Origin: an uncultured Bacteriovoracaceae bacterium
GTDB taxonomy: Bacteria; Bdellovibrionota; Bacteriovoracia; Bacteriovoracales; Bacteriovoracaceae
NCBI GenBank assembly: GCA_964012805.1
Contig: CAXGUD010000001.1
Span: forward strand, 64,001-128,000
Direction of reading: 5' to 3'
DNA length: 64,000 bases
Made by a program: the position numbers and the translations under genes. The first letter of the stretch is position 1. Each line of letters begins with the position of its first letter. Below the pieces are notes generated by a model. It made no database searches. It had not been told where the DNA came from and worked only from the letters and a program-made list of their open reading frames with translations. Below, in pieces: positions 1-9,227 of the stretch.

Positions 1-1
1 C

Positions 2-241
2 GTAGGAAGTAAAAAACTTACTTTGACTCCGAAAGTGAAAAAAACTACGAATAAGGCTCCCTCCAAAAGCCTCTATGTCCCACCCGAAACTTTTATTGGC
101 AACCAGAAGCTAAACTTTGAATTCATTAAAAAGGAAATAAAGGCCCAAAAAAAAGAAAAAAAAACCTATGATACCAAAGACTTTAAAAGGAAAGAGAAAG
201 ACCATAAAAATGTTTTTCTTTCTCTCCTAAAAACCAAATAA
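2..241 (+). CDS. 3' end of a Lys-rich hypothetical protein, probably starting before the window
   Basis: Frame of ORF 23..241 is open back to position 2; stop TAA at 239-241. Confidence 0.5.
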   Translation, partial: VGSKKLTLTPKVKKTTNKAPSKSLYVPPETFIGNQKLNFEFIKKEIKAQKKEKKTYDTKDFKRKEKDHKNVFLSLLKTK

Positions 242-346
242 AAAAAGCTTTTCAAAAGTTTATGGAAAGGCCCTTTTCCTTCCGGTGATTTTCCCGTAAT
301 CTCACCCTCCTTATAGGATTTTTGGATTGGCCGCATTGGGGACTCT

Positions 347-1030
347 ATGAAACGAAAAATCTATCACGCTGTTATATACATCATTTTAAGAACACTCTAC
401 GCAACGTACCGGCTTCGCTTTACAGGTCTTGAGAACTTAAAAAAGGCCCAGGAGGAACACCCTCAAGGAAGCGTTATCTTTGCTTTGTGGCATGAACATT
501 TCCTCGCTGGTATCTTTAGCATTAAAATTTTCAAGCCTTGTGCCATGGTTAGCCCCTCAAAAGATGGAGAAATTGTGGCCCGCTTCGTTAAAAAGTTGGG
601 ATATACCGTAGCAAGAGGAAGCTCAAGCCGTGGAGGTAAGCATGCTAAAAATGATGCCATTAATGCCCTCGACAAAGGCACAATTGCTGCCATAACTGTT
701 GATGGCCCCAAAGGACCTCGAAACAAAGCTAAGCCTGGAATTGTAAACCTTTCAAAAATCTCCGGGGCACCTATTATTCCTATTTCACCTATTACTGAAA
801 GTCCAAAAATTTTTGAAAAATCATGGGATCAAAATAAATTCCCTAAACCTTTTTCAAAAATTGTCCTCCGCTTTGGTGAAGCCGTTCATGTTCCCCAAAG
901 CGCTCAAGGTGAAGCCTTTGACCAATTGAGAGACAAATTAGATGATCAACTTATTCAAACTGAAAAAATCGCCGAAGGTGACTTTAAAGACTGGAAAAAG
1001 CTGCCCAGCTCTCCTGGCCTTGGTTTTTAA
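347..1030 (+). CDS. DUF374 / lysophospholipid acyltransferase family protein
   Basis: Motifs ALWHEH, SPSKDGE, RGSSSRGG, TVDGPKGP. Confidence 0.85.
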   Translation: MKRKIYHAVIYIILRTLYATYRLRFTGLENLKKAQEEHPQGSVIFALWHEHFLAGIFSIKIFKPCAMVSPSKDGEIVARFVKKLGYTVARGSSSRGGKHAKNDAINALDKGTIAAITVDGPKGPRNKAKPGIVNLSKISGAPIIPISPITESPKIFEKSWDQNKFPKPFSKIVLRFGEAVHVPQSAQGEAFDQLRDKLDDQLIQTEKIAEGDFKDWKKLPSSPGLGF

Positions 1031-1596
1031 CACTTGCCTATCATGACGCTGCTACCGTTAGGGTGGTTGTAATAAGAACAGCTCCCATTACTACCAAGTG
1101 ACCCTCCTGGTGTCCTTTTAAGCCAACCCTTACCAACTTGACCATTCATCATGGATTTCAAATTAAAGAGCGTAGGTCCCCCTTCAAATCCGCCGTATCC
1201 CATCCCGTTAAGCCAATAACGGCCTGACTTAACAAAACCGAATAGTTTTTTAAGAAAAGCTTTCTCGAGAGGATGAATTTCCCTCCCATTAATAAAAACA
1301 CCAGAGCCCTCACCAGAAGAGTTTTTTAGGAGAACTCCACCTAATTTTAATCCTGGCAAAATTTGACCGAGCGAGGGCCCACCTTGGAGACCCCAAAGAC
1401 CGGAAAAAGAGTCGTACCAAAATCGACCTTCCTTAATTCTTACTTTGTAGGTCTTTTCTAGAAGTTCCACTTGGTCTCGCTTCAAGTTCTCGCCGTTAAT
1501 AATCACTTTTGTCTCAGAACTTTTGGAAATTGGTAAGGATAAGATGAAACAAAGAAAGACATAGAAACACTTTTTCCAATTATTTTTTAATAACAT
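1027..1596 (-). CDS. Secreted protein with two internal VxING...GR[FY]W...GGP repeats (XLG N-terminal-like domain)
   Basis: Signal-peptide-like N-terminus; repeats VIINGENL..GRFWYD..QGGP and VFINGREI..GRYWLN..EGGP. Confidence 0.7.
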   Translation of the reverse strand: MLLKNNWKKCFYVFLCFILSLPISKSSETKVIINGENLKRDQVELLEKTYKVRIKEGRFWYDSFSGLWGLQGGPSLGQILPGLKLGGVLLKNSSGEGSGVFINGREIHPLEKAFLKKLFGFVKSGRYWLNGMGYGGFEGGPTLFNLKSMMNGQVGKGWLKRTPGGSLGSNGSCSYYNHPNGSSVMIGKC

Positions 1597-1902
1597 GCTT
1601 TTTTCCTATTTTTTTAAAAGCTTAAAACTAAAACAAGAAAATAATCATACTAAAAAATTCTTTTTTTGAAAAAACTTATAGAAAAATTTGTTGATTCCGC
1701 GAGGAAATATGGATGAGGTTAGGAAAAAACAGAGTACCTTTTTTCTACTTTCTACAGAGCCTATTTATGAAATATATCATAAAAAACCTTAAAGAATTTT
1801 AGAAAAGGCGGTTAAGACTATCAGAATAATTAAAAAGTCTTTTTAACATTTATGTTCATACTTTTTTATATTCCTCAACTCCTAACACGCCCCCTTATTT
1901 TT

Positions 1903-2751
1903 TTACTTAGGCAGTTCACAACCAGGAAGCTGAAGATCAAATTCATTTTGAGAGTTCAAGCAGCTATAAATTAAATATGTCTGCTGCCCATAGGTAGCCC
2001 CCCTTCTTACCGTGACGCTATTGTTTTCATCCACTTCGCAAGGGTTATTCATTGAACACCTTCTGCCCGACTCATTAGCAGTGTTATTAACACCAACGAC
2101 GAGCCTGGTATCACTGTCTATAATAGGAGAACCACTTGTACCACCGATTGTTTTACAGCCAGTATTTGTGTACCTAATAGAGTCGACAAAAGTCCACGAA
2201 GCTTCTTTCAACCTAAAAATAAAATCGTCAATCTGACAAGAATAGCCTCGCTCCCAGTAACCAGAAATTATCTCAATATTATCTCCCACCTGAGGTCGGT
2301 TTTCAGAAAGTTCAAAGGCCTCAATGCCAAGTTTTTTAAGATCATTGTAGGTTTCTTTTAGTCGGTAAAGCGCAGAGTCTGTATCAGTCATTGTTGCGTA
2401 TATAATTTCTTTTGCTGTAATCCTATGAAACCTTCTATTACTATCAGCAACCCTCATTCTGCGGTTGACTCTTTTCTTATAGACAACCTGTCCTGGTTTT
2501 ATAAAAGACCCCCCCAAGCAATGGCCATTTGTTAAAACGATGGCATTGTCGCTAAGCTTTTGTCCTACAAACTTAATGACCGCCCCACTACAATTTGATA
2601 GTTTAACGATCCCTTCAAAATCATAATTATAGGAATCAAAGTAAATTGGCGGCGTGATATTTGACTTTAAAGCGTCATAGGGTGCTTCAGGAAAAGCGGA
2701 TGCCTTCCATGAGAAAAGAGTAAGAAATGCAATAAAGATGGTCTTTTTCAA
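1903..2751 (-). CDS. Secreted trypsin-like (S1) serine protease
   Basis: TNGHC (His), DSALY (Asp), GTSGSP (Ser); signal peptide; TTG start at 2751 follows GGAGGT (the ORF track starts at 2763). Confidence 0.9.
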   Translation of the reverse strand: MKKTIFIAFLTLFSWKASAFPEAPYDALKSNITPPIYFDSYNYDFEGIVKLSNCSGAVIKFVGQKLSDNAIVLTNGHCLGGSFIKPGQVVYKKRVNRRMRVADSNRRFHRITAKEIIYATMTDTDSALYRLKETYNDLKKLGIEAFELSENRPQVGDNIEIISGYWERGYSCQIDDFIFRLKEASWTFVDSIRYTNTGCKTIGGTSGSPIIDSDTRLVVGVNNTANESGRRCSMNNPCEVDENNSVTVRRGATYGQQTYLIYSCLNSQNEFDLQLPGCELPK

Positions 2752-2799
2752 ATTTACCTCCATGTAAAATCATAAGAATATTTTACAAACACCTTTTAA

Positions 2800-2822
2800 C
2801 TATTGCAAACAGTTCGCAATAG
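2800..2822. promoter_or_regulatory. Inverted repeat resembling a Fur-family (Mur/Zur-like) operator
   Basis: CTATTGCAAA-CAG-TTCGCAATAG, 9/10 arm match, between the Fur-family gene and the protease start. Confidence 0.45.
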
Positions 2823-2890
2823 GGAATACATGACGGCTTTGTATCAAAAATGTTTTGCGTATGGCCTTTTCTGTCTTTGGAGAAAACTTC

Positions 2891-3352
2891 TTAATTAGAA
2901 AGCTGCGTTTTTGCACAATTGGGGCATAGGCCGGTCATTTCTAGATGGTGACTGAGGTTTCGATAACCATAACTTTCCAACTGCCTTTCTTGTTTTGAAA
3001 TAAGACATCCTTTAAGAGGCTCAATTGTATTGCATTGGTTACATTTAAAATAATGCTCATGACCTTTAGCATTATTTTTTTTAGAATTAGAGAGCATAAA
3101 CCTCGCTGGTTCACCTTGGAAAATACTTCTTTTCACAAGTCCAAGCTCTTCAAAAGTCGTTAGGGTTCGGTAAACAGAAGCCTGGTCACAATTAAGTTTT
3201 TTAGACCGTTGAATTTGAGTATGAATCTCCTCTGGAGTCAGCAAAGCTTTATTTTTAATAAGTACATTGGCCACAGCTAAACGGGGCTTAGTTATCCTTA
3301 GAGAGTGGGATTGAAGGGCCTCTTTTACTTGAACAAATTGATTCTTATTCAT
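2891..3352 (-). CDS. Fur family transcriptional regulator
   Basis: LRITKPR, ASVYRTL..FEELGLV, HEH, two CxxC motifs (CNQC, CPNC). Confidence 0.92.
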   Translation of the reverse strand: MNKNQFVQVKEALQSHSLRITKPRLAVANVLIKNKALLTPEEIHTQIQRSKKLNCDQASVYRTLTTFEELGLVKRSIFQGEPARFMLSNSKKNNAKGHEHYFKCNQCNTIEPLKGCLISKQERQLESYGYRNLSHHLEMTGLCPNCAKTQLSN

Positions 3353-3570
3353 GACGTTATCATTTTATTAAAATTTTCTAATGGATCATCACAATTTTTC
3401 CTTAAAACAACAATAATAAAATATTGAGTGTTGTACGAAAACAAAAACTTATCCCTTATTTTTAATTTATAAGTTGTTTGAGGGGTTTTTTGTTAAATTA
3501 GCTCCACTTGATTAGGTTTTGTTTTCATAATGCGAGGAAATTTAGAATTCTGGCAACCGCCCATCACTTC

Positions 3571-3999
3571 TTAATCATCCTCCCCTGTTTCAAAATAGTC
3601 ATAAGGGTTGAACTCTCCCTTTGCATCGACTTTTAAATAGATTTCTTTTTCCCCATTAAGTATTAACAATTCTCTTCTTTCTTTTGACTGCTAACTCTTT
3701 TTCTTATTCTCGTAAAAAATATATCCATGACCTCGAGGTTCCTTAAGCTCAACAAAATTTTTTATTTCAGGGGGGCCATCCAAACGTTTGATTAAGATCT
3801 CAAAAGAGGGACATTTATACTGGCGGTATCCCTCGCTCCCTTTCCAAGCTTGACACTCTTTAGGCGAATAATAGTAATACAAATTAGGCGCTATATATGT
3901 GGAAAAACTTTTGTAGGAAAAAAGTAAAAAAATAGTTAAGAGGGCCCCTAAAAAGAGCACGATCGATATAATGAGTATCTTTTTTATCCGAGTTTTCAT
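3571..3999 (-). pseudogene. Membrane-anchored hypothetical protein; ORF 3999..3691 ends at TAG but the same frame stays open for 39 more codons to TAA 3573-3571
   Basis: ...ENKKKS*QSKERRELLILNGEKEIYLKVDAKGEFNPYDYFETGEDD*. Confidence 0.45.
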
Positions 4000-4119
4000 T
4001 AATTAAATTCCATAAAACTTCTAATTTAAGAAAAAGGTTATGTTACTCCACCAATAAATTTTGATTGACAAGAATTCCTTACAAAATGATAAGTATAGGC
4101 GGCAGTGAAGAGGAACAAC

Positions 4120-5091
4120 TTAAGATTCTGGGCCATCAAACTCATCATAAATCTGATATCCTAAATAATTTTCGATTAGGTCTTCGAGAGTTACAATACC
4201 TAAAAAGGCTCCATCTTCTTTTATGACTGCAGCAATATGAACATTCATGGCGAGCAACCTTTCAAAAAGTTTCTGCCCAGTGGTATTTTCTGGAAGGATG
4301 AGGATCTTCTTTTGAAGATCGGAAACAGTTCCTTCGCCTTTGTCGATGTAAGACTGCAATATGTCTTTTCTCATGACGTAGCCTTTTACGTCATCCTGAT
4401 CTACCCCAAAAACGATAAGTCTAGAGAAAGAATTGTGTGAAATTTCTTTGTAAGCTTCTTTAATACTCAGAGAGCTTTTAACTCCTGCTACTTTATTAAC
4501 TGGTTTTAAAATATCACTAAGCTCTACCTTGGAAAATTTAAGCATGGTTTTAAGACTGTTAAACTCTCTTTTATTGAGGACTCCGGACTGATAACCAATC
4601 TCCGCTAGAGCAGGAATCTCATCTCTCGTGATCTCAGGTCCTGGTTTTCCTTTGATTAACTTTGAGAGCCAAGTTGAGACCCATACGATAGGGAAAGAAA
4701 GAGCAATCATCGGCCTTAAAACAAAATAACTAACTGGTAGAAAAAACTTCCAACTTCTGGCCCCAATAGATTTAGGAATAATTTCGCTAAAAAATAAAAT
4801 AACAAAAGTCAGGACCGCCGAGAAAATGGCCAGATATTCATTACCCCAAAGCTTTTGTGCCTCGGCACCTGCTCCTGCAGCTCCTATTGTGTGGGCAATC
4901 GTATTAAAAGTGAGGATCGATGCCAGTGGCCTTTCAATGTCATTTTTTAGATAAAAGACCTTTTTAAAGAGGCCCGGGTTCTTATCCTTTAAAGAAGAAA
5001 GATAACTTGGGGTTACGCTCAGGATGACTGCTTCTAACATTGAACATATAAAGGAGACGAAAACGGAAAGTGATATATAAAAAGCTAGCAT
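4120..5091 (-). CDS. CNNM/DUF21-CBS domain protein (CorC/TlyC-like)
   Basis: SFICSMLEA, NTIAHTIGAAGAG, SEIIPKSIG, FSRLIV, GIVTLEDLIE. Confidence 0.92.
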   Translation of the reverse strand: MLAFYISLSVFVSFICSMLEAVILSVTPSYLSSLKDKNPGLFKKVFYLKNDIERPLASILTFNTIAHTIGAAGAGAEAQKLWGNEYLAIFSAVLTFVILFFSEIIPKSIGARSWKFFLPVSYFVLRPMIALSFPIVWVSTWLSKLIKGKPGPEITRDEIPALAEIGYQSGVLNKREFNSLKTMLKFSKVELSDILKPVNKVAGVKSSLSIKEAYKEISHNSFSRLIVFGVDQDDVKGYVMRKDILQSYIDKGEGTVSDLQKKILILPENTTGQKLFERLLAMNVHIAAVIKEDGAFLGIVTLEDLIENYLGYQIYDEFDGPES

Positions 5092-5486
5092 ACTCCTACT
5101 GTAATAAAATTTACTTAATAAGAAAATAGTTGAAGGTCATAAACTTTACGAAAAAAATAGTATGTTTTAGGCCCTTTCAACGTCAGAATTTTTTTCTGGT
5201 TTTTCAGGAAAGAGATTAAACGGTATTAAAAATAAAACAGATTCTTTTCATTAAAAACCTCATTATTTTTGAAAAAAAGAACTCAAACAAACTTTTCGGA
5301 CTTAATTTTTTGATTCATGTTTTCTGAATTTGAATTTTATAGAAGAGGTTTAGCTTGAAGGTCAATATCAATGAGCTTAGGAAAAAGAGAAAAAACCCTT
5401 GAAAAGACCTTTACAACAAGATCTCTATCGTAGTTTAAAGTGTAATCGATTGAGAAGATTGGTCTTTTTGACAAGGGAAGCTAAAA

Positions 5487-6467
5487 ATGGGCGCTGCCTA
5501 CACAACTGAGTTCATAAAAAATAATATTGAAACCTTTAAAGCATTTTTTACGAAAGTAAATAAAGAACGTTTCACTGTAAAAGAACTCGCCCCCTACATA
5601 TATGAACTGAATCCCACAAAAGAAAAGTCAATTGATAAAGTCATCGGGCTGATGGCGCTTAATCATGGTAATGAAGTTGGAGGCCTCTTTGTTCTTCTAG
5701 AGTTTCTTTCTTTATTAGATATGGGACTCGTTAATTTACCGGGTAAAGTTATTATTGGATTAGGTAGTGTGGAATCCGCCAAGTTAGGTAAAAGGTTTTT
5801 TGAAAAGGACCTGAATCGTTGCTATGGGGACGTCATTGGAGAAGGAAAAGATTTTCAAAGGGCCAAAGTTGTCATGGAGGCCTTTAAAGAATGCCATATA
5901 AGTCTTGATCTTCACCAAACTCAAACTCCTAGTGCCCACCCTTTTTTTCCTATGACTTTTAATTCAAAAACGTTTGACCTTATTAGAGCAATTGACCCGC
6001 AAGCGTCGATTATTCCCCAAAAACCATATGACCAAAAAGGAAAAGGGGTTCCTTTTAGTCATTACCTTGTCAACCGGGGTTGTACTGCAGTAACCGTTGA
6101 ATTAGGAACTATGAGCCTCGACTACAAACAAATTTATTATGGTGTTCACCTCATACTTAAACTTCTCAATTACATCTTAGGAAAAAAACCTGATGAATTT
6201 AGAGGGAGCTTTTTTCCAAAAAGAGGCCCTGTGTTTCCTCCTGGACCCGATGCTTGGTTAAGAAGTGACCTTGGAAACTTCAGTGAAATAAAAAAAGGTG
6301 AGGTCATCGGTGATTACGATGGAGGAAAAAAATGGATAGCTGACGAGGGTGGCTTTCTGGCTTTTCCCAAGGCCATCCGAGGACTTAAAAGAACCCAGGC
6401 CAATGAAAATGAACCAATCTATATCCTTTTAGATAAAGATCCAGATTATTTAAAAAATAGGAACTGA
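5487..6467 (+). CDS. Succinylglutamate desuccinylase/aspartoacylase (M14) family hydrolase
   Basis: HGNE, DLNRCY, LDLHQ, TVELG. Confidence 0.85.
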   Translation: MGAAYTTEFIKNNIETFKAFFTKVNKERFTVKELAPYIYELNPTKEKSIDKVIGLMALNHGNEVGGLFVLLEFLSLLDMGLVNLPGKVIIGLGSVESAKLGKRFFEKDLNRCYGDVIGEGKDFQRAKVVMEAFKECHISLDLHQTQTPSAHPFFPMTFNSKTFDLIRAIDPQASIIPQKPYDQKGKGVPFSHYLVNRGCTAVTVELGTMSLDYKQIYYGVHLILKLLNYILGKKPDEFRGSFFPKRGPVFPPGPDAWLRSDLGNFSEIKKGEVIGDYDGGKKWIADEGGFLAFPKAIRGLKRTQANENEPIYILLDKDPDYLKNRN

Positions 6468-6482
6468 GTTTAAAATAAATAA

Positions 6483-6938
6483 CTAGTTTTTAAGAGCATC
6501 CCGAATATCATCCCAGCTAAGTAGGTCGTACTCAACTAAGCATTTTTCACCTTTACTATAGCGATTTTTTGGGCATTTAACTTTATTAATGCCTTTTTTT
6601 GGAGGACAAAAAACCATGGCCTTATCAGCATCTGCTAATTTAACCTTTAACTCTTTAGCAGTTAAACCTGTTTCGACCATCATATTTTTATAGGCGCTTT
6701 TGGCACCTTTATAATTCCCTCCCACCAAAAGGGCCTCGATTTGGCCATACTTTTTAAACATTCTCTTGTGATAAAAGTAATTAGGTTTCCAAAACTTTGG
6801 GTGCTTTACACGATAGGCCTTCCAATGAGATTGGTCTTGATAATAACGGACACAAGCTGAATAACAAGGTTTACAACTTGCCAATGAATTAAATGATAGA
6901 AATAAAGAAAAAAATACGACCATTAATCCATTAAACAT
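6483..6938 (-). CDS. Secreted Cys-containing hypothetical protein
   Basis: Signal peptide ending SLA; CKPCYSAC; ATG 6938 follows AGGGGAG. Confidence 0.7.
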   Translation of the reverse strand: MFNGLMVVFFSLFLSFNSLASCKPCYSACVRYYQDQSHWKAYRVKHPKFWKPNYFYHKRMFKKYGQIEALLVGGNYKGAKSAYKNMMVETGLTAKELKVKLADADKAMVFCPPKKGINKVKCPKNRYSKGEKCLVEYDLLSWDDIRDALKN

Positions 6939-7123
6939 AAGCTCCCCTATCATCGTCTAGATTTCTTCGTAATCTAATTTTTTTATCGGTTAATAAATGT
7001 AAAAAAATACATAAATAAAAAGATCATTTATTTGGGTAATTTATAGAACTCAATTAACTTAGGTTTATTTCAAAAAATTCGATAAATTTCAAAAGATAAA
7101 TTCCATTTTAAATTGACTTATAT

Positions 7124-8131
7124 ATGAGGTCTAAAATGAACTTTTATTTAGGTGTATTACTTATTTTAATGTTTCTTCCCCATTCCCAAATATCTGCTAG
7201 GCCTAAGGAGACTGCCAATGGGGTTGGTCCCCTTTTGGAAACTGAGTGGGGGCAAGGGGGATTATATCAAACTTTTACTCCAAGAATTACTAAGTCTTGG
7301 GACCCCGAAGTATGGTTAGGCCAAGCCTATCTTGGGTGTACGACAGTAGCAACTGCACAGGTCCTAAATTACTATGGATACCAAAACATCAAATATCTAG
7401 AAAGATACCAAGAATATTCAAATTGTTACACCCTTGGAAATCATCAGCTATCGGGATTAAAAGGAAAAGATGTTGATGAAAATGGTGTTCTTTGCATAAA
7501 GGGAGTCGATAAAGGATTTGATTTTAGCTCTTTAGTCAGTAAACTTCCTGATGTTTCAATAGATAAAAATGGTGATGGAAAAATGGATAAGGGAATCTTT
7601 AAGCAATTTCCTAGTGATAAAAGAAAAGGATATCAAAAAACGGCTAAATTTCTTTATCAAATTTCTGCCATGGTAAACGCTGAATATGGTGGTAAGACAG
7701 GAGCCGCTGCTCACCCTAACTTTTTAGAACGTTTATTCGAGCAGCACTTCGGTTACGCTAGTGATGGTTCTCTTTCAAAACGAAAAAATTTAAAAATGGT
7801 GTTTAAAGATATTTCAGGATACAAAATAAGCGATAAGGATTGGATCAAGCTGCTCCTTAATGAATTAAAAAATGGAAGACCAATTATTTATAGTGGATAT
7901 AGGAAAGATGAATCGTCTGGACACACATTTGTCGTTGATGGTTATAAGGAAGAAAAAGGAAAGATTTTATTCCATGTAAACTGGGGTTGGGGAGGTACAG
8001 CAAATGGTTATTACGACATCCTCAAACTAAAAGATCATAAAAATAGATCCTGGAGCACAAACCCTTATGCCTATATAGGGCTTGAACCTTTTAAAGGTGC
8101 TGGTCTAAAAAAGCTCAATCAAAAAAAGTAA
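7124..8131 (+). CDS. C10 family cysteine peptidase (streptopain/SpeB-like), secreted
   Basis: PLLETEWGQ, GCTTVATAQV (Cys), GHTFVVDGY (His), HVNWGWGG. Confidence 0.93.
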   Translation: MRSKMNFYLGVLLILMFLPHSQISARPKETANGVGPLLETEWGQGGLYQTFTPRITKSWDPEVWLGQAYLGCTTVATAQVLNYYGYQNIKYLERYQEYSNCYTLGNHQLSGLKGKDVDENGVLCIKGVDKGFDFSSLVSKLPDVSIDKNGDGKMDKGIFKQFPSDKRKGYQKTAKFLYQISAMVNAEYGGKTGAAAHPNFLERLFEQHFGYASDGSLSKRKNLKMVFKDISGYKISDKDWIKLLLNELKNGRPIIYSGYRKDESSGHTFVVDGYKEEKGKILFHVNWGWGGTANGYYDILKLKDHKNRSWSTNPYAYIGLEPFKGAGLKKLNQKK

Positions 8132-8327
8132 GTGGACAATAAAAAAAGGAACTCAGAATTTTGTGGGCCTCTTTCATTTAGACATTGGTCTTTCTTATAA
8201 GATACCTATTGAACCTAGGGACTTATTTAATTGCTCTGGTCATTTCGAAAGCCGTAAATTTTTCTTAGGTTAAAAGAGTCATAGATATTTGATACAATTT
8301 TCAAAAAAGCTAAACTGGGGAATATCG

Positions 8328-9002
8328 ATGATAAAGAACATTACTTTGTTTTTAATCCTGACAATTGGAGTTGGTTTTCAAGGGATGGCCTGGGCACAGG
8401 GTATCAAACCTGCAGGGCTAAATGCCTATGCTGGTGCTGGATATGTCGAATACACTATCAGTGCGCCCGCTACAAATTTTAAGATGGATAGGGGTGTTTT
8501 TGCTTCTATTGCAGGAGAAAAAGGTTTTGGCATCTTGGGAAGTTACCTTACTTTTTCAACCAGTTATTTAAAAAGTAAGGGAAGTACAAATTATGATTAC
8601 ACTCCATTAGGTAAAACGGCAGTAACAGCTAATGGCATTTCTTTTGATTCAGACCTCTTTCAATTTGGCCTTGGGTTTAAAATAAAACTTTTTGAAAGTT
8701 CATGGTTCCGTCCTTATGCTGAAGTAGGTGTCCTTGGAGGCTACTATCAATTGACTTATAAAGGCATTAACTCATCAACAATTTCTAGTGGTACTGCAAG
8801 TGATGCAAAAACAAAAGAAAGCCTTTTTGATAATGGTCAATATGGTGAAGCGGGTTTAGAGATTGATTTTGCTAAAGAATTTGCACTAAAAGTGAGCGGT
8901 CGGATCTTAGAAATGAAAACTGGTATTCTTGAAACATTGGGAGGAAATAGAGTTCTTTATAGGGCCACAACCGTTTTCCTAAGCGTTCTTAAAGCTTTTT
9001 GA
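8328..9002 (+). CDS. Outer membrane beta-barrel protein
   Basis: Signal peptide (AWA), alternating beta-strand pattern, RPYAEVG, C-terminal Phe. Confidence 0.75.
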   Translation: MIKNITLFLILTIGVGFQGMAWAQGIKPAGLNAYAGAGYVEYTISAPATNFKMDRGVFASIAGEKGFGILGSYLTFSTSYLKSKGSTNYDYTPLGKTAVTANGISFDSDLFQFGLGFKIKLFESSWFRPYAEVGVLGGYYQLTYKGINSSTISSGTASDAKTKESLFDNGQYGEAGLEIDFAKEFALKVSGRILEMKTGILETLGGNRVLYRATTVFLSVLKAF

Positions 9003-9084
9003 CCTAAACATTTGGTGAAATGGGGGCGGAAAAAATATTTAAATCAGGGCCGTTAATAATAAAATTTTCTTTGAATCAAAATTG

Positions 9085-9133
9085 AGCGTGGAAAAAAAAG
9101 ATCTTAATTGAATATTCTTTTTTTTGTCACGCT
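9085..9133. terminator. Imperfect hairpin between convergent genes
   Basis: AGCGTG-GAAAAAAAAGA...TCTTTTTTTTGT-CACGCT. Confidence 0.4.
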
Positions 9134-9227
9134 TGCCTTAGTTCTTTGTTACAGAGTTTAATAAAACTGTAAAAATCTTCCCCCAAAAAAATTTCTCCAA
9201 ATCTAAAGGCAAACTTATTTGTTTTAG

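Noticed and set aside
5128..5366. Direct repeat TTGAAGGTCA occurring twice in one intergenic region
   Set aside because: Only two 10-bp copies about 225 bp apart; could be chance
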